Shown here piece after piece: positions 1 to 13,520 of a DNA stretch of 64,000 nt (position 1 is the stretch's first letter; every line of letters starts with the position of its first letter). The notes under the pieces were generated by a model. It was not told the DNA's origin, ran no database searches, and saw only the letters and a program-made list of their open reading frames with translations. Origin of the DNA: the human T2T-CHM13v2.0 reference genome, Homo sapiens. The stretch lies in the NCBI RefSeq assembly GCF_009914755.1, contig NC_060932.1; one strand, written 5' to 3'. Made by a program: the position numbers and the translations under genes.

Positions 1-410
1 CAGTAATACAAAGACTTGGCCTCTGTGAACCATCCTCTTTTTCTTCCTACCTCCTACATGGGGAAGTTTCCAAGGCTCAGTCCTGAAACTTCAGCAACTC
101 TCTCTGTCTCATCTTCCAGAAAGAAGGGATCTCAGGCCCTTTCATGGATTTGATGATCACCTCTACACCTCACCCAAGCCTAAAGCCAAGTTCTCAATCT
201 TCCTCCCAGAATCAGGGTGCCCACCCTCCTGCTGGCCCCATGTCTGCCACTTGCACTATCATTCTTCTGCTTGGGCAGCTCCAGATCCCAGCATCATTCT
301 TGAATCCTTTCTGCTTTCCTCCTTCAATAATCAGCCCCAAACCCTAGCCAATATCTCATTCCACCTCTCATCACGTCATACCTGGGCCATTGCTATATGC
401 TCTTAACTGG
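1..410 (+). mobile_element. L2 LINE fragment (resumes at about 1318-1410)
   Basis: Pyrimidine-rich, degenerate L2-type motifs (e.g. ctcttaactgg, cacctctcatc...cctgggccattgcta). Recognised by eye; boundaries approximate. Confidence 0.45.
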
Positions 411-1317
411 TGTAACCGGGATAACATTTGGAAATTAGCTGAGTCCCTCCTCCACATTCCTTTCTTTCACCTTATGGCCCTCCCACACAGCAGGCATCCA
501 TCCATTGCTTCAAGGGAGGGTTGTTAAAGGCAGTCAAGTTCTTGGTTTTTGAATTTCAAAAGCCAGTCATCAGTTTTCATCATACCCCTTTTCCCCAGGA
601 GAGAAATATTTCCCAAGCTGGGCACTGGGGAAGGTGTAAAAGGTTTGATGGGTCCCCGAGAAGAAACCCTGTTGTGCCTTCCTCCCACACCTGGGCTGAG
701 CCCTAGATAGATTTGGAGGGTGGGTGGCAGAGGGGTTTGAGTGGGGGTCGGGGGGAGGTCGTGCAATTCAAAGCAAAGGAAACAAGTCCCATTTTCTGTG
801 AAGGAACTCAGCACAGCCCAAGAGCTGAGCAGTAGAAATGGCTACATGGGGTGTCCGGGAAATAAGACTTTAAATGTCCTCCCAGAGTCTCCTCTGGTCC
901 CTAAGTGGTGACAGAGAACAGCCAGATGTCCTTAAGTTCACGAGAAAGGCCTGAAAGAACTAAGGGCCAACCGAAGAAAGACCCCGGATGAAAGTGGAAG
1001 CCACACACAGCTGCAACCTCCTTGCCTCAATGACTGAGGACCTCCAGGAAGGAGGGCGTCTCAGCTGGTGCCTGAATGGGCAAATGATGACCAGGAACCT
1101 GACTCCCCTTCGCAGTGCCCCCGTCCGTCACTGTAGCCCTGCTCCAAGAGCCTGGAATTCAGACACAACTTCAGTGGGCGGGGGGAGATGCAGCAAAATC
1201 TGAACAGACAGAGATTAAATGTGTGCCCCCCACACCCTGAAAAAGAGAAAATATTTAGGAATTGTAGAAAAATCAAGTCACTATTTTTATGGCCTGAGTT
1301 TGGGTCCTGAAATTCAC
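411..1317 (+). mobile_element. Candidate ancient LTR (MamGypLTR-like) interrupting the L2
   Basis: Starts TGTAAC inside an L2-like motif, and L2-like sequence resumes after about 1318. The 3' end (tcactatttttatggcctgagtttgggtcctgaaattca) resembles old mammalian Gypsy-type LTR ends. No clear TSD. Confidence 0.3.
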
Positions 1318-2072
1318 CAGCGCTCCTTGCCTCTTCTCCCCGTATTCCAAATGATTGTGTATTCTGTGGCTGGATTAATCTTCTTCCAGTGCCACTTCAT
1401 GCTTTCATGGGTTCAGAGAATAATTATTGAACAGTTGCAATGAGCCAAGAGATGTGTTAGGGGATTAAAACTTTAAATTGAGAGTAATAAGAAAGACGAA
1501 AAATAGCATTACACCAAAATGCCATTTTTCAAGCAAAGCTCTGAAAGTTTGACAATATACTCTGTTAGGTAGGCAGTGGGGAAGCAGGCACTCAGTATAT
1601 TGCAATTGGAAATGGAAAATATTACAACCCCTATAGAAAGAAATTTATCGATACCTACTAAAATGATATATATATTTGCCATTTGAACAAGTCCATCTAC
1701 TTGCAAGAATCTATACCAAAGAAATATTGACAAAAGTATGAAGGGATATGTGCACAAGACAATTAATTGCAGCACTAGTTATAATAGCAAAGAATTGAAA
1801 GCAACCCAAATGCCTATCAGTAGGAAACTGGTTGAGTAAATGATGGAGTTTATTATTACTGAAATACATAATAGATTACTATGCAGCTATAAAAAGGAAT
1901 GAGAAATATTTCTATATACCACTATGAAGTGATTTTAAGAACATACTATTAAAAGTGGGGAAAGGCAGAGAATACTGTTTATAGGGAAGTATTTTACCTG
2001 AGAAAGGTGAGATTATTAGATTATATATACATATTGGTTATATATTTTTTAAACGCAGGATAACAAAAACTA

Positions 2073-2470
<398 letters not shown>

Positions 2471-2958
2471 ATATGTAAATGCTTTACATAATTATAAAAC
2501 AAAAATTAATTAGGAAAATGCAATTCTTAAAAATGGAAAATAAATAAAACAAGCCTAACTGTGTATCAATTTGGTGACTTACTTACATAGGGAATAGTTA
2601 TTTCAAGTGACTTTAAAATACAGTAATTTGATTATATAACCCTAGTAAGATATGACATAAAGATTAAAAAAAATCTTGCATAGAAATACAAAGCGGTTTT
2701 TTCAGTTACATTGTTAATAATAATGTTTCTATTGTTATTCTAAAATATATGTGTAGTAGAACAAAGCACATAAGTTATTCACTTTAGGACCAAGGATTTT
2801 CAGAATAAGAGAAAATAGATACAAATATAAAGTCACAGAAGCTAAGTAAAAGCCACGTCATTTTAAACTTGAATTGGAAACCTAAGCATGAGTCCATGAT
2901 GTATTTTCTCTTTAAAATAAAAAGTATTTCCCTTCTCTGATTAAAAGACCTAGAGACA

Positions 2959-3249
2959 CTGGGCGTGGTGGCTTACGCCTGTAACCCCAGCACTTCGGGA
3001 GACCAAGGCAGGCAGATCACCTGAGGTCGGGAGTTGGAGACCAGCCTGACCAACATGGAGAAACCCCGTCTCTACTAAAAATACAAAATTAGCCAGGCAT
3101 GATGGTGCATGCCTGTAATCCCAGCTACTCAGGAGGCTGAGGCAGGAGAATCGCTTGAACCTGGGAGGCAGAGGTTGTGGAGATTGTGCCATTGCACTCC
3201 AGCCTGGGCAACAAGAGCGAAACTCCATGTCAAATAAAAATAAATAAAT
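2959..3249 (+). mobile_element. AluSp-like
   Basis: ggtcgggagtt and cctgaccaacatggagaaacc diagnostics. Perfect 16-bp TSD aaaagacctagagaca at 2943-2958 and 3250-3265. Confidence 0.93.
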
Positions 3250-4394
3250 AAAAGACCTAGAGACAACAACCTACCTAGTAACGGTGAGCACCCCAGGGCC
3301 CAGATTGTTGTCTCTAAATACTACTTCCCAGAAAAAGAAACCAGAGCTCTTTGTAAAATGCCCTTTTTTTTTTTTTTTTGTCAGATACGGAGCAGGAATA
3401 TTCAAGGTAAGTCTGGAAACCAAGAAAGATAGCAAAGACTATGGCAATCACAACAAAATGACCCAGAAACTACCTGAAGGGGTTCCCATTGATCAAAATG
3501 GGACAATTTGAGCACTGAAATGAACAGTAATTGCAATGCATTGAAACATATCAAAAATATTAAAATACCTGAGTCTATAATAATAATAAAACAAACTAAT
3601 CAGTTACCTTTGGAATATGCTAGATAACTACTTCAGTATTCTGAAAACTTACAAATAAAGGGAAAGAAGCATCTATTTTACCTTTTCAGGTAGCCAAATA
3701 GTTGATGTGCAAATGGTCTTTATGGGAGAATTCTAGCCTATAAATGAAGAAAGAATGATAGAATTAGACTGTCATCATATTGTAGCCCCCACTGTTATAA
3801 TGGAACTAGGCAATGATATCAATGGCTGCTAAAACCCTTAGGTGAATAACTGATGGGAGACTTCATAATGAATGGATCATGCTGACAATACTTGAACCCA
3901 ATGATCAATGTTAAGATGATGAAAAGAGAGATGACCAAACATTGCATGTCTTCTAATGCGATGTATTTGGCAGCACACACCACCACTTATGAAGTATTCT
4001 TCTAAAAATGAACCTGAATCTAATCAAGCCCCAAGATCTAATCATGGTTTCCAGGAAATACAAGAGATAAAAGAATATGTAATTGATACTATTGGGATGA
4101 AGTCTGTAAAATCCAGAATATTTCAAATAACTTGCAAGAAAAAAGGGGAAGGGAATCTAGAAATTTTAAAAGCAACTTGGAGGACTTACCAACTAAATTC
4201 AATTTGTGAACCTTGTTTGGATCTTGAGTCAAACGTCAAAAAATTTTAAAAGACTAGATAATTTGCTGATTGACTAGTTGACAATATTAAGAAATTGTTG
4301 TCAAATATTAGCTGATGTCCTTTGCCATTATAATGAAAAATTTACTTTCTGACCTGACATTCAACATCTTTCACTTGAACAAAAACATCTGATT

Positions 4395-4545
4395 TAAGTT
4401 CTAGATCTGCCACTTACATTACTGAGAAAGTCATTGAATGGCTCAGAACCATCTGTGAAGTGGGAACATCATAATATACCACCTTGTTAAGTCATTGTGA
4501 AAATATGAGATGATGAATATGAGAGCACTTTATAAACCATATAAG
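4395..4545 (+). mobile_element. MIR SINE fragment
   Basis: Degenerate MIR core (tctgccacttac...catctgtgaagtggg...gtgaaaatatgagatg). Confidence 0.6.
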
Positions 4546-4939
4546 CCACCTCCCATGACTGAGCTCCATGATTCTCTCAAGCATGGCTGATTGTCTGCCT
4601 TTGTTCAAGTGATTTCCCCTTACTCAGAATATTCTCCTCTCTCTTGTCATCCTATGGATGTCTCACCTTTCCTTTTACCTCCAGCCTGTTTCACCTTCTC
4701 CATGAAAACATTTTGAATCACTTCAGCCCACAGCAATTTTTTCCCTTTTCTTTTCATAGCCCATATTGTCTGTAATGCTCACTTGGCACTCCGAAATGAC
4801 ATTTCTGGGTAAATTCTCTTCCCAACTAAACTGAAGGACTCTCGACAACAGGGACTCTCTGTTCTTTATCAATTCTCCCCTCCACCAGAAGTCTAGCACA
4901 ATGCTTAATTACAAGATAGCTAAAGCTTCAAATAAAAAA

Positions 4940-5380
4940 TTATTCAGAACTCTTAACAGTCACGAAAACACAACTCAGTGTAGCTTAACTGAAGACAAAT
5001 TAACAAGTTCACATAATCAAATTACAGGAAGGGCATGGGTGGTGCTAGCCCTGAAGGATGACTGCTACCAGGGATTGGGGTGCAGGACTGGCTGTCATCT
5101 CATTCCCTATGACTGCATGCAGACAAACCTTTCCATGTGACAGCAAGCATACCTGTGGACAGCTTCCTGTCACATATCTCCCTGCTTAGTTCCAATTCAA
5201 GAGTCCTAGAGAACTCTGATTGGTCTGGCTTGATCTAGTGGCCGCCCCTAGACCAACCACCAAAGCCAGGAAGTGAGATGAAGCTTCTATTTGGATTATA
5301 TGTTAGAGACAGGAAGAGGAATTGTTGCCTCCCCAAATGAGCCAAAGCCACCAGAAGGAGGGAGAAGAACCGGACAGCTA
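4940..5380 (-). mobile_element. Old MaLR (MLT1-type) LTR fragment
   Basis: Motifs such as ctctgattggtctggcttg and aaaacacaactcagtgtagcttaa are typical of reverse-oriented old MLT1 LTRs. Confidence 0.4.
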
Positions 5381-5589
5381 AACTATGAAGTGTCCATGAG
5401 ATGGGATGCGACTGAGCAGAGGAGGGATGTGATTTGACATGATCTCACTTTCTGCATGAGCCCCCCTTTCCCCACAGCACTGAGTTTTAGAACTGCGGTT
5501 AACATGTGCCCTTGGAGTACCCTCAGGGCTGATGTAAAATTGGCCAAAATTGGAATACCTTTGCATTTTCAATAAACTGTTTCCAGTCA

Positions 5590-7285
5590 TTTACCATTTC
5601 TGTTGCTTTTCCTCCATTCTCAGTGTTCCAAGTTTTCATCTGGTATAATTTTTCATCTGTCTGAAGAACTTCCTTAGCAATTCTTTTTGAGCATGTCCAC
5701 TGGCAACAAATTCTCTTAGTTTTCTTTATTCTGATTCACAGAATGTTTTTATTTTAACCTTCATTCCTGAAGCATATTTTCATTGGATATAGAATTCTGG
5801 AATGACAGTTCTTTTCTTTCAGCACTTGAAAAATGTTGTGCCACTTTGTTTTTGCCTCCAGGGTTTCTGATGAGAAGTCCTCAAGCATTGGAATTATACC
5901 ACTATAAGTAGTATGTTGTTTTTCTCTAATTATTTTCAAGATTCTCTCTGTCTTTAGTTTTTAGCCATTTGATTATGAAGTGGCTGGGTATGGATTTCTT
6001 TGGGCTGATTCTGTTTGGGATTCATTCAATTTCTTGAATCTGTAGGTTTATGTCTTTCACCAAATTTGATAATTTTTCAGGCATTATTTCTTCAAGTTTT
6101 TTTTTGTTTTTTGTTTTTTTCCAGCAATGCACTTTGTCTCCTTCCTTTCTGGGTCTCTGATGACTTAAATGTCAGACTTTTTGGTGCTGTGTGATAGGTC
6201 TCTAAATCTGTATTCACTATGGGTTTTTTCTCTGTTTTTTAGATTAGGTCATGGTTATTTATTTATCTTTAAGTTCATTGACTCTTTCCTCTGTCACTCA
6301 GTTTTGCTAGTGAGTCCATCCCATGTGTTTTATTTTGGTTATGATTACATTTCTACATTCTAAAATTTCCATTTTGTTCTCTTTATATTTTCTATTTCCT
6401 TGTTAAGACCTTCTATTCTTTCTATTCATGTGAAGCAAATTCACCCTTACTTTTGGATTATTTTTATTATAGCTGCTCTGAACTCTTTGTCAGATAATTC
6501 TAACTCTGTGTCATCTAAGCATTGGCATCCGTTGACTGCTTTTTCCCATGCAAGTTGAGATTTGTCTGTTTTTTTATGTGCCAAGTAATTTTGAATTGTA
6601 TCCTGGACATTTTGATTATTAGACTATGAGACTTTGTGTCTTGCTTAAATTCTATGAAGGATGTTGCTATTTTTGTCTTAGCAGGCAATGAACCTGGTTA
6701 AGCTCAGGCCTCACTTTCCAACCTGCCTTCTGTGGGCTGTAGTTCCAGTGTCAATTCTGTTTTCAAATTCAAAGTCTTTGCAGTGCCATTCAGTTCTGCC
6801 CCTAGGTTCTTCCCCTAGTGTTTAGTCTGGGACCTGGGCAATGGTCTATCTGTTAGTGTTTCTCTGCTGTTGGGGATCAGATCCACACATGTGCAGCTCA
6901 GGGATGAGACATGCAGCTCATAAACACCTTTATGCGGTCACTTCCCATGAGTCTCCTTCTCCACGATCTCTCTGTTACTTGTCCACTCCTTGGGGCTCCC
7001 CTTTGCAGTTCTCTGGTCAGAAAGCTGGGCTTTGGTCACCCTACTCTGCTGTGCACCTCCCACAACTGTACCCACCTTCAAGTCCAAGCTGGAGGGAAAA
7101 AGTAAACTCACCACCAGTTTAATGGTACACCAAATTTGTGCCTTTTTCTCCAATCTGCCTATTACTATTTGCTCTTGAGCGTCCTTGCATAGCATCTCGT
7201 GCAGTCTTTCCAGGTTTTTAGCTGCATTTCACTGGGAGAGACAGGGTAGAGTGTGCTTACTCCATCTTAACTAGAACCGGGACAC
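5590..7285 (-). mobile_element. Old L1M 5' region with a decayed ORF1 remnant
   Basis: ORF 5754-5939 (-) EDFSSETLEAKTKWHNIFQVLKEKNCHSRILYPMKICFRNEG matches the L1 ORF1p C-terminal pattern (DFSxETLxARxxWxxIFxxLKEKNxQPRILYPxKL). T-rich + strand. Confidence 0.85.
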
Positions 7286-8859
7286 AATAGAATGGTTTTA
7301 GAGGACATTCTTCAATATGTGCCTCTGAAGATGTGCCTAAAGACTCATCTTAGAACTCAAAGTCAGGTAAAGGTAGTTTCCTGATGAATTTCTACAGATT
7401 TATTTTATGAAACTGATAGTTCCCCCTTTTTATCCCGGTTACTGAAAAACTCAGAAAACATGATTTAGTTCACACAATCTAATTGCAGTGTCTGACACAT
7501 AGGAAGTGCTTAGTAAACATTAGTCATCTCCATACCTGTCTATCTCTCCTCTTATCCCCCAAGAACTAAATGTTATACTCAATAAAAGAAATCTTTCTGA
7601 GTCTGTTTTTTTAAAAAAATATAATTTGACTCTTCCCACGCCTTTTATTACTTGACTTTCTCTTGCAGTTCTGTGATAGTCGTTTGGGGACTTATTTTCA
7701 TCCTATTAATCTTTTACACTGCCTCAAATTGTTTGGAAGTAGTCAAGGCATAAATGAACAAATAGATGACAAAAATACTGTATTCATGGAATGCTTCCTA
7801 TTTCTAAAACTGCTTCTACACCTCTTTCCATATTTCATCCTAAACAATACCCCATATTAGTGAGGAAGAAAGGTAGCATGAGGCTCCTCATCAGAAAAGC
7901 CCAGCCCAGGCAGCACTGACTTGGGGATCCTCTGGGCTCCCCTCCCACCGAAACCGAGATGAATTGTTCCCATTTTTATCTTCTGTTGAATGTTATACCA
8001 AGATGAAAAGAAGTTTTGAGAATTTCAGTGTCCTCTGGGACCCCATGCCCTAGGAACTCTCAGTCTAGGACATTCCCAGCAGGCCCTCTCTTCTCAGACT
8101 GCCCCATCAGTGGCTAATGCCTGCCCTTGGGGTCCAGGGATCCCTAGAGAAACTGGAGGCCTGATGTCACTTGAGGAAACATGATACTGGTTTCTACTCC
8201 TTCCAATCTGACTTGGAATTAGGACTCATCTCCTGAGTAGGGTCATCTTGTCCACTTGAGGGGGGCTTTCCACTTCTTCTCCTGTCCATGAAGCCAAGTA
8301 CCTCTTCATGGGTTGGCACTGAAAGGTAGGCACAGAAACCACTTCAGCTGGCACACAGAAAAACATCACTATGACCCTTGCCTGTTATTCAGCTGTATCC
8401 TGGATCCCCCCTTCAGTTCAGAAAGGGAGGCAGAACCTAGCACTCAGATGGGCCTCTCTTCTTCCCTCCCTCTCTCGCTTAGTGACACTCAGGAGACAAA
8501 GATTGCAGCCATTTCTCTCTGAGGGGGAGTCCACCCAAGGGCAACTTACTTGCCTCTGACAGTTCTAGGAAGTGACACTAATATGCAGGAGGCTAGGAAG
8601 GAGAGAGCACTCAGGAGGCTTCTTGAAAGGTCCCTTGCCCCCTTCCCAGGTCAACTTTAGCAGCCACACATTCCTGGGGCTTAGTTGAACTTGGACTAAG
8701 CTCACTGCCTGGTACTGGCATGTCTGAACATGGTCAAGGTCTACAGACCAGTACCAGAGTCAGGGATGACTCTGAGTGACCCTGGGCCTGTCACTCCAAT
8801 GTCCTCAGCCCAATTCCTATGGATCGCCACCTCAATTCCAAGGAGAGGCTCTGGAAGGG

Positions 8860-9445
8860 TACAGATATGGCAATAGTCCTTCACTCCTTCTTGTGTCCAT
8901 ACCCTTTGCAATGTGACTTTATAGCTCCTCCCATCAAGAGGTGGACTCCTCATCTCCTTGATTTTGGGCTGGTCCTGTAACTTTCAGTGTAATAAGGCCA
9001 ATAGAATCAATACAAGTGATGTTTGCCAGTTCTGAGCCCAGGCCTTAAGAGGCCTCACACACTTCTGCCCTTTGCTTGGGATTCCTGCCCCAACCACCTG
9101 AACAAGCCTGAGCTAGTCTGCTAGAGGATAAGAGGACTTTTATTACCAGCTCTGGCTCCCTAGTCTACTGGAGGATAAGAAACCTTTATATCCTCTTATC
9201 CTCCAGTAGGCTGGGGAACCAGAGCTGGTTGGCCCAGTTACCTCCCAACAGAGACCCCAGGCAGGTGAAAGAATCCAGTCAAGGTCAGCAAAGTTGACCC
9301 ATGGCTGGCCACAGATACAAGAGGAAGCCCATCTAATTCCAGCCTGAATTGTCAACCTACAGAATCATAAGCAAAATAAATGCTTATTGTTTTAAGCCAC
9401 TGAATTCTGGAGTCATTTCTTTTATAGCACTAACTAGCCACTGTA
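8860..9445 (+). mobile_element. MLT1 (G/H-type) MaLR solo LTR hosting the hairpin
   Basis: ctttgcaatgtgactt...ctcctcccatcaagaggtggac and the 3' end aataaatgcttattgttttaagccactgaatt...tttatagcac. Confidence 0.75.
9145..9229 (-). ncRNA. MIR9903: Pre-miRNA-like hairpin, probably MIR9903 (mature about 9157-9178, -)
   Basis: 36-bp inverted repeat (9145-9180 with 9194-9229, 3 differences) around a 13-nt loop. The reverse complement of 9157-9178 is UUAUCCUCCAGUAGACUAGGGA, which matches my recollection of hsa-miR-9903 (name from memory, not looked up). Confidence 0.75.
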
Positions 9446-9888
9446 GAGGCTGAAGCACTAAGAGAGCTATTTGTCTACCATTTCTTGGGATATTGGAGTA
9501 CAAGGCTTTAGTGGTACCAGTCAGTCAATGGATAGAGACAGGAAGGGATGGGGGTGGAGTGAGCAGCAGGATAAGATTGTGTCTTGGGAGATGTTGCTGT
9601 AGTCTCAGAACTCTCAAGTAGTGGGAGGAGCCAAAGCAGGAAGAGAATGTAGCAAACAGGAGCCCAGAGAAGTGGCTAGAGAAGCATGCTTAAAACCATC
9701 TCAGGGACTTCCAGAAATATTTAGGAGAAAGATGAAAGGCTAGAGGTCTTATGGAGACAATGTGGTTGGAGCCAGAAAGACTATGTAATTTTAACATTAC
9801 ATCCAAGGCTACTCTGATTGAACTTTTTTTTTTAAACTCAAACGAGAGATTGTAACTTTCCAAAAGACATTAGAAATAGGAAGTTTTC

Positions 9889-10030
9889 AGCCAGGCACAG
9901 TGGCTCACACTTGTCATCCCAGCACTTTTGGAGGCCAAGGCAGGAGGATCCCGTAAGTTCAGGAATTTGAGACCAGCTTGGGCAACACAGCAAGACCCCA
10001 TCTCTAGAAAAAAACAAAATAAAATAAAAC
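9889..10030 (+). mobile_element. Free left Alu monomer (FLAM-like)
   Basis: Single Alu arm followed by an A-rich tail. Imperfect TSD agaaataggaagttttc / agaaatagaaagtttc. Confidence 0.85.
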
Positions 10031-10339
10031 AGAAATAGAAAGTTTCAGCAGATTTGTTACACATGAATTCTTCCAAATAGTGAAAAAAATATTGGTAGAT
10101 TGTGTTTACTTTATTCATCCTCAAAGGATTCTTTATTTCCAATTCTTTGGGGATAAGAAGAATAAAAATTGAGAAATGACTGCAAAGACTAGCAGCATTT
10201 ATCACATATTCTTTGTACACATGAAGAAAGTGAAGAGCACACCAACAAATACTAAGTTACTGTGGCAAAGAAAGAAGTCTGGTGCTTACTTATATTGGGT
10301 TCTCTTCTCCTTCCAGGCAAGTGTGAAGATTACACATCT

Positions 10340-10701
10340 CTGCTCACTCCCCTTGCCACAGAGAGAAGAAACATGACTAGTGGAGTCAATGCGGCAGTGA
10401 GCAGCAGGGATCCTGTCATTTCTGAGCTGAAGCATTTCAATGTTTGTTTAGAACCCTCCACCATTCTCGCCTGCCACATGGACTGAGGAGGCTGTGTGTT
10501 CCAGATGGCAAAGCCACAGGGTGGTGGTGTCTCTGTCTGTGTGGATCGCTGAGCCAGGCCATGAAGTGAAGCTGCCTTAGAAGTTACCCAGGCCTGCAGC
10601 AGGTATTGCACAAATATGAAATCTATTTCAATTGTGTCAGACTTCTGGGATCTTGGCATTGCTTGTTACTGAAGCATTGCCTGACCTAGTCTGACTAATA
10701 C
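10340..10701 (+). mobile_element. Old MLT1 LTR fragment
   Basis: Ends in the MLT1 terminus ttgttactgaagcattgcctgacctagtctgactaataca. Confidence 0.65.
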
Positions 10702-10744
10702 AGTATTGAAAAGCTGGCATCTGATTAAAAAAAAAAACTATCAA

Positions 10745-11870
10745 TGTTGCAAATACATTACAAAAACGAGGAAAAATTATTGTGCTATTGTTCACTGCAG
10801 ATTTTACATGGTTTAATTTTTGGCAAGCAAGATCTAGTGTTCAGAGGAGCATCCAAAAAACTTTGTGAGCATGCACATGATAATGGAAATTTTATCCATT
10901 TGGCAGAAGCCACAGCCAAATTTGATAATATTATGGCAGAATGTTTCTGCATAACATAAATGTTGACACTAAATAATATTGCACCTATTTGGAGAATGAA
11001 ATACAAAACTAATTAAAATTGTAGCAGATGCAGTGAGTGAAATAGTCTGAATAAGGTAAAAAGAGCTAACTATTATTCATTATTTTGGCTACAACCTTGA
11101 TGTGTTTGAGACACAATCCCTGACAGATATAGAACAGATAACTTTTTTGTTGTTGTTGGATTTGTGGATTCTCAAAATGCAAATATTTCTATATGCAAAC
11201 ATATTGGGGATTTTTTTCTCCAGCAAATGTCACAACTGGGGAAGGATTACAAACAATGTTAGTAAACCACCTACAAAACCAATCAAGAATAAAATAATTT
11301 GAAGTGCCTTGAATATCACAATGTTGCAAATATGCATGGAAAACAGGACAGAATGAAACAGATGATTCTAAGAGATGATTCTAGGGCATTTTCTCTTTCT
11401 TGACTAGATATTTTAATCTTAGTGGTGAATGGTGCAGGAAAAATCTCTTCTGACACCACTGAATTTTTTTGTACCATCCAGATCTATACAACTGCCTTTC
11501 AGCTTCAGTGAAATGTTGTGTATTAAAAACACATTTACCAAACATAAATTTGAAACACTGTCAAATGCATGATGGGAGAGTTGAGTTTATGCCATTATGG
11601 CACTAAAAACTCAATTAGAGACTCTATCCAATTCTTCTTTAGAAAATTTTGATATATTAATAAAGACAAGGATTATAAAATTCAAGCCAAAGGTAAGCTT
11701 TCAAAAACATCCGCTGTTAAGTTTATTTGCTCAGGACTCATTTGGGAAGATGTTTTACATAAAATTAATGCTATGTATATCCAAAATAATACAGGAGCTG
11801 AAATTCAACATATTGCCCTAAGAAGCATCCAAAGCAATTGTGTATCTGCAGATGCTTATTGTGTCTACTG
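10745..11870 (+). mobile_element. Decayed hAT (Tip100/Zaphod-like) DNA transposon transposase remnant
   Basis: Frameshifted translation gives KQDLVFRG...NGNFIHLAEATAKFDNIMAE, then YLENEIQN, KVKRANYYS, and later LNLV- and LS..RWESR..AI-like motifs. This is the motif order of DUF4371/ZMYM1-type hAT transposases. Confidence 0.75.
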
Positions 11871-12379
11871 GGAGATGGGGTGAGAGTGGAGGCTTTTCTT
11901 CCTGTTGAAAGAAGAAAGAAGGTTGTTGGCATCTGGACTCATGGTAAGAGGGGTGGTTGACGCCATGGCTTGGGAGGAGGCAGTCTGCCCTGCAGCATGG
12001 TAGGCAGGAGACCAGCCAGGAGTGGTCCCTGGTGAAGGGCCTCTGCCATTGAGATCCTGGAATTTTCATGTCTGATGGCCAGTGGCCAGTGATCTTTTCT
12101 GCATGGATGTTCTGCCAATCCAGGCCTTCAATAAAACTTTGTCAAACTCCACAGCCTCTACTTAGGTCCAGACTCAAACTCCCACTCCCTGGGAGGCAGT
12201 GACTGGGTGGCAAGACAGAATGAGAGATGCAGTGAGAACATCTGGCTGAAGTGACAAGCAGCCACGCTGACTGCTGGTGTGCAGTTCTGATGACAACCAA
12301 GGCAACTTCACACATGACTGCACAAAGTTAATTTAACATGTTTGACTCTGCCATTTCATCCTAGTACCATAGATAAGAT

Positions 12380-12580
12380 TTTTTGAGTAATTACTATGTA
12401 CCAGGCCCTATTCTAAGTTCTTTGTGAATATTAATTAGTTTAATCCTTGAAGCCACCTCACTATTGTGTCCATTTTATAGATAAGGAAACTAAGGCCCAA
12501 GGAGGTTACACTAATTACCGAAGGTCAAATTAATGACAGAGTCTGGCTCCAGAGTCCACACTTTTAACCAGAGTGCAACA
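12380..12580 (-). mobile_element. MIR SINE
   Basis: ttactatgtaccaggc...cattttatagataaggaaactaaggccc...gtctggctccagagtccacacttttaacca. Confidence 0.8.
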
Positions 12581-12735
12581 GAATCTGAACGTTACCCTTA
12601 TAACCAAACAGTTCACAGTAGTGTTCTGAGTTTTACTCCTAGAAAGAAAACACACACACACAGTCCCCCATCCCTCTGTCCGACAGATAAATCCAAAACC
12701 TGCTGCCAGCTTACAATTAGCTTGAAACTGCTTCT

Positions 12736-13061
12736 GGACCAAGTGTGGTGGCTCATGCTTGTAATCCCAGCACTTTGGGAGGCCAAGGTGGGAGGATTGT
12801 TTGAATCCAGGAGTTCAAAACTAGCCTGGGCAACACGGTGAAATCCTGTCTCTACAAAAATTACAAAAATTAGCTGGGTGAGGGGGCGGATAGCAGGTGC
12901 TTGTGGTCCCAGCTACTTGAAAGGCTGAGGTGGGAGGATCACTTGAGCCCAGGAGGTCAAGGCTGCAGTGAGCCGTGATCATGACACTGCACTCCAGCCT
13001 GGGCAACAGAGTGAGACCTTGTCTCAAAAAAGACAAGAAAGAAAAGGAAATAAAAAGAAAA
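12736..13061 (+). mobile_element. AluJ
   Basis: AluJ diagnostics (ggaggatcacttgagcccaggaggtcaaggctgcagtgagc). TSD remnant aactgcttc on both sides. Confidence 0.92.
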
Positions 13062-13135
13062 GAACTGCTTCAGATTATCAAGGTTTCAGGAATGCTGATG
13101 TCCAGCCTCAGAAACTGCTTCTGCTTGTTTGTCTC

Positions 13136-13520
13136 TGATATGGGTTGGCTCTGTGTCCCCACCCAAATCTCATGTTGAATTGTAATCCCCACTTGTTGAA
13201 GGAGGAACCTGGAGGAAGATGATTGGATCATGGAAGCGGTTTCTCCCATGCTGTTCTCATGATAGTGAGTGAGCTCTCACAAGATCTGATGGTTTAAAAG
13301 TGTGTGGCAGTTGCCCGCTTGTTCTCTGTCTCTCCTGCTCCACCATGGTAAGACGTGCCACCTTCCCCTCCACCTTCTACCATGATTGAAAGTTTCCTGA
13401 GGCCTCCTAACCATTCTTCCTGCACAGCCTGTGGAACTGTGAGTCAATTAAACCTCTTTTCTTCATAAATAACCCAGTCTCATGTAGTTCTTTATAGCTG
13501 TGTGAGAATGGACTAATATA
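13136..13520 (+). mobile_element. THE1D/MSTA-type MaLR solo LTR
   Basis: Starts tgatatgggttggctctgtgtccccacccaaatctcatg and ends gaatggactaatata. Confidence 0.88.
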
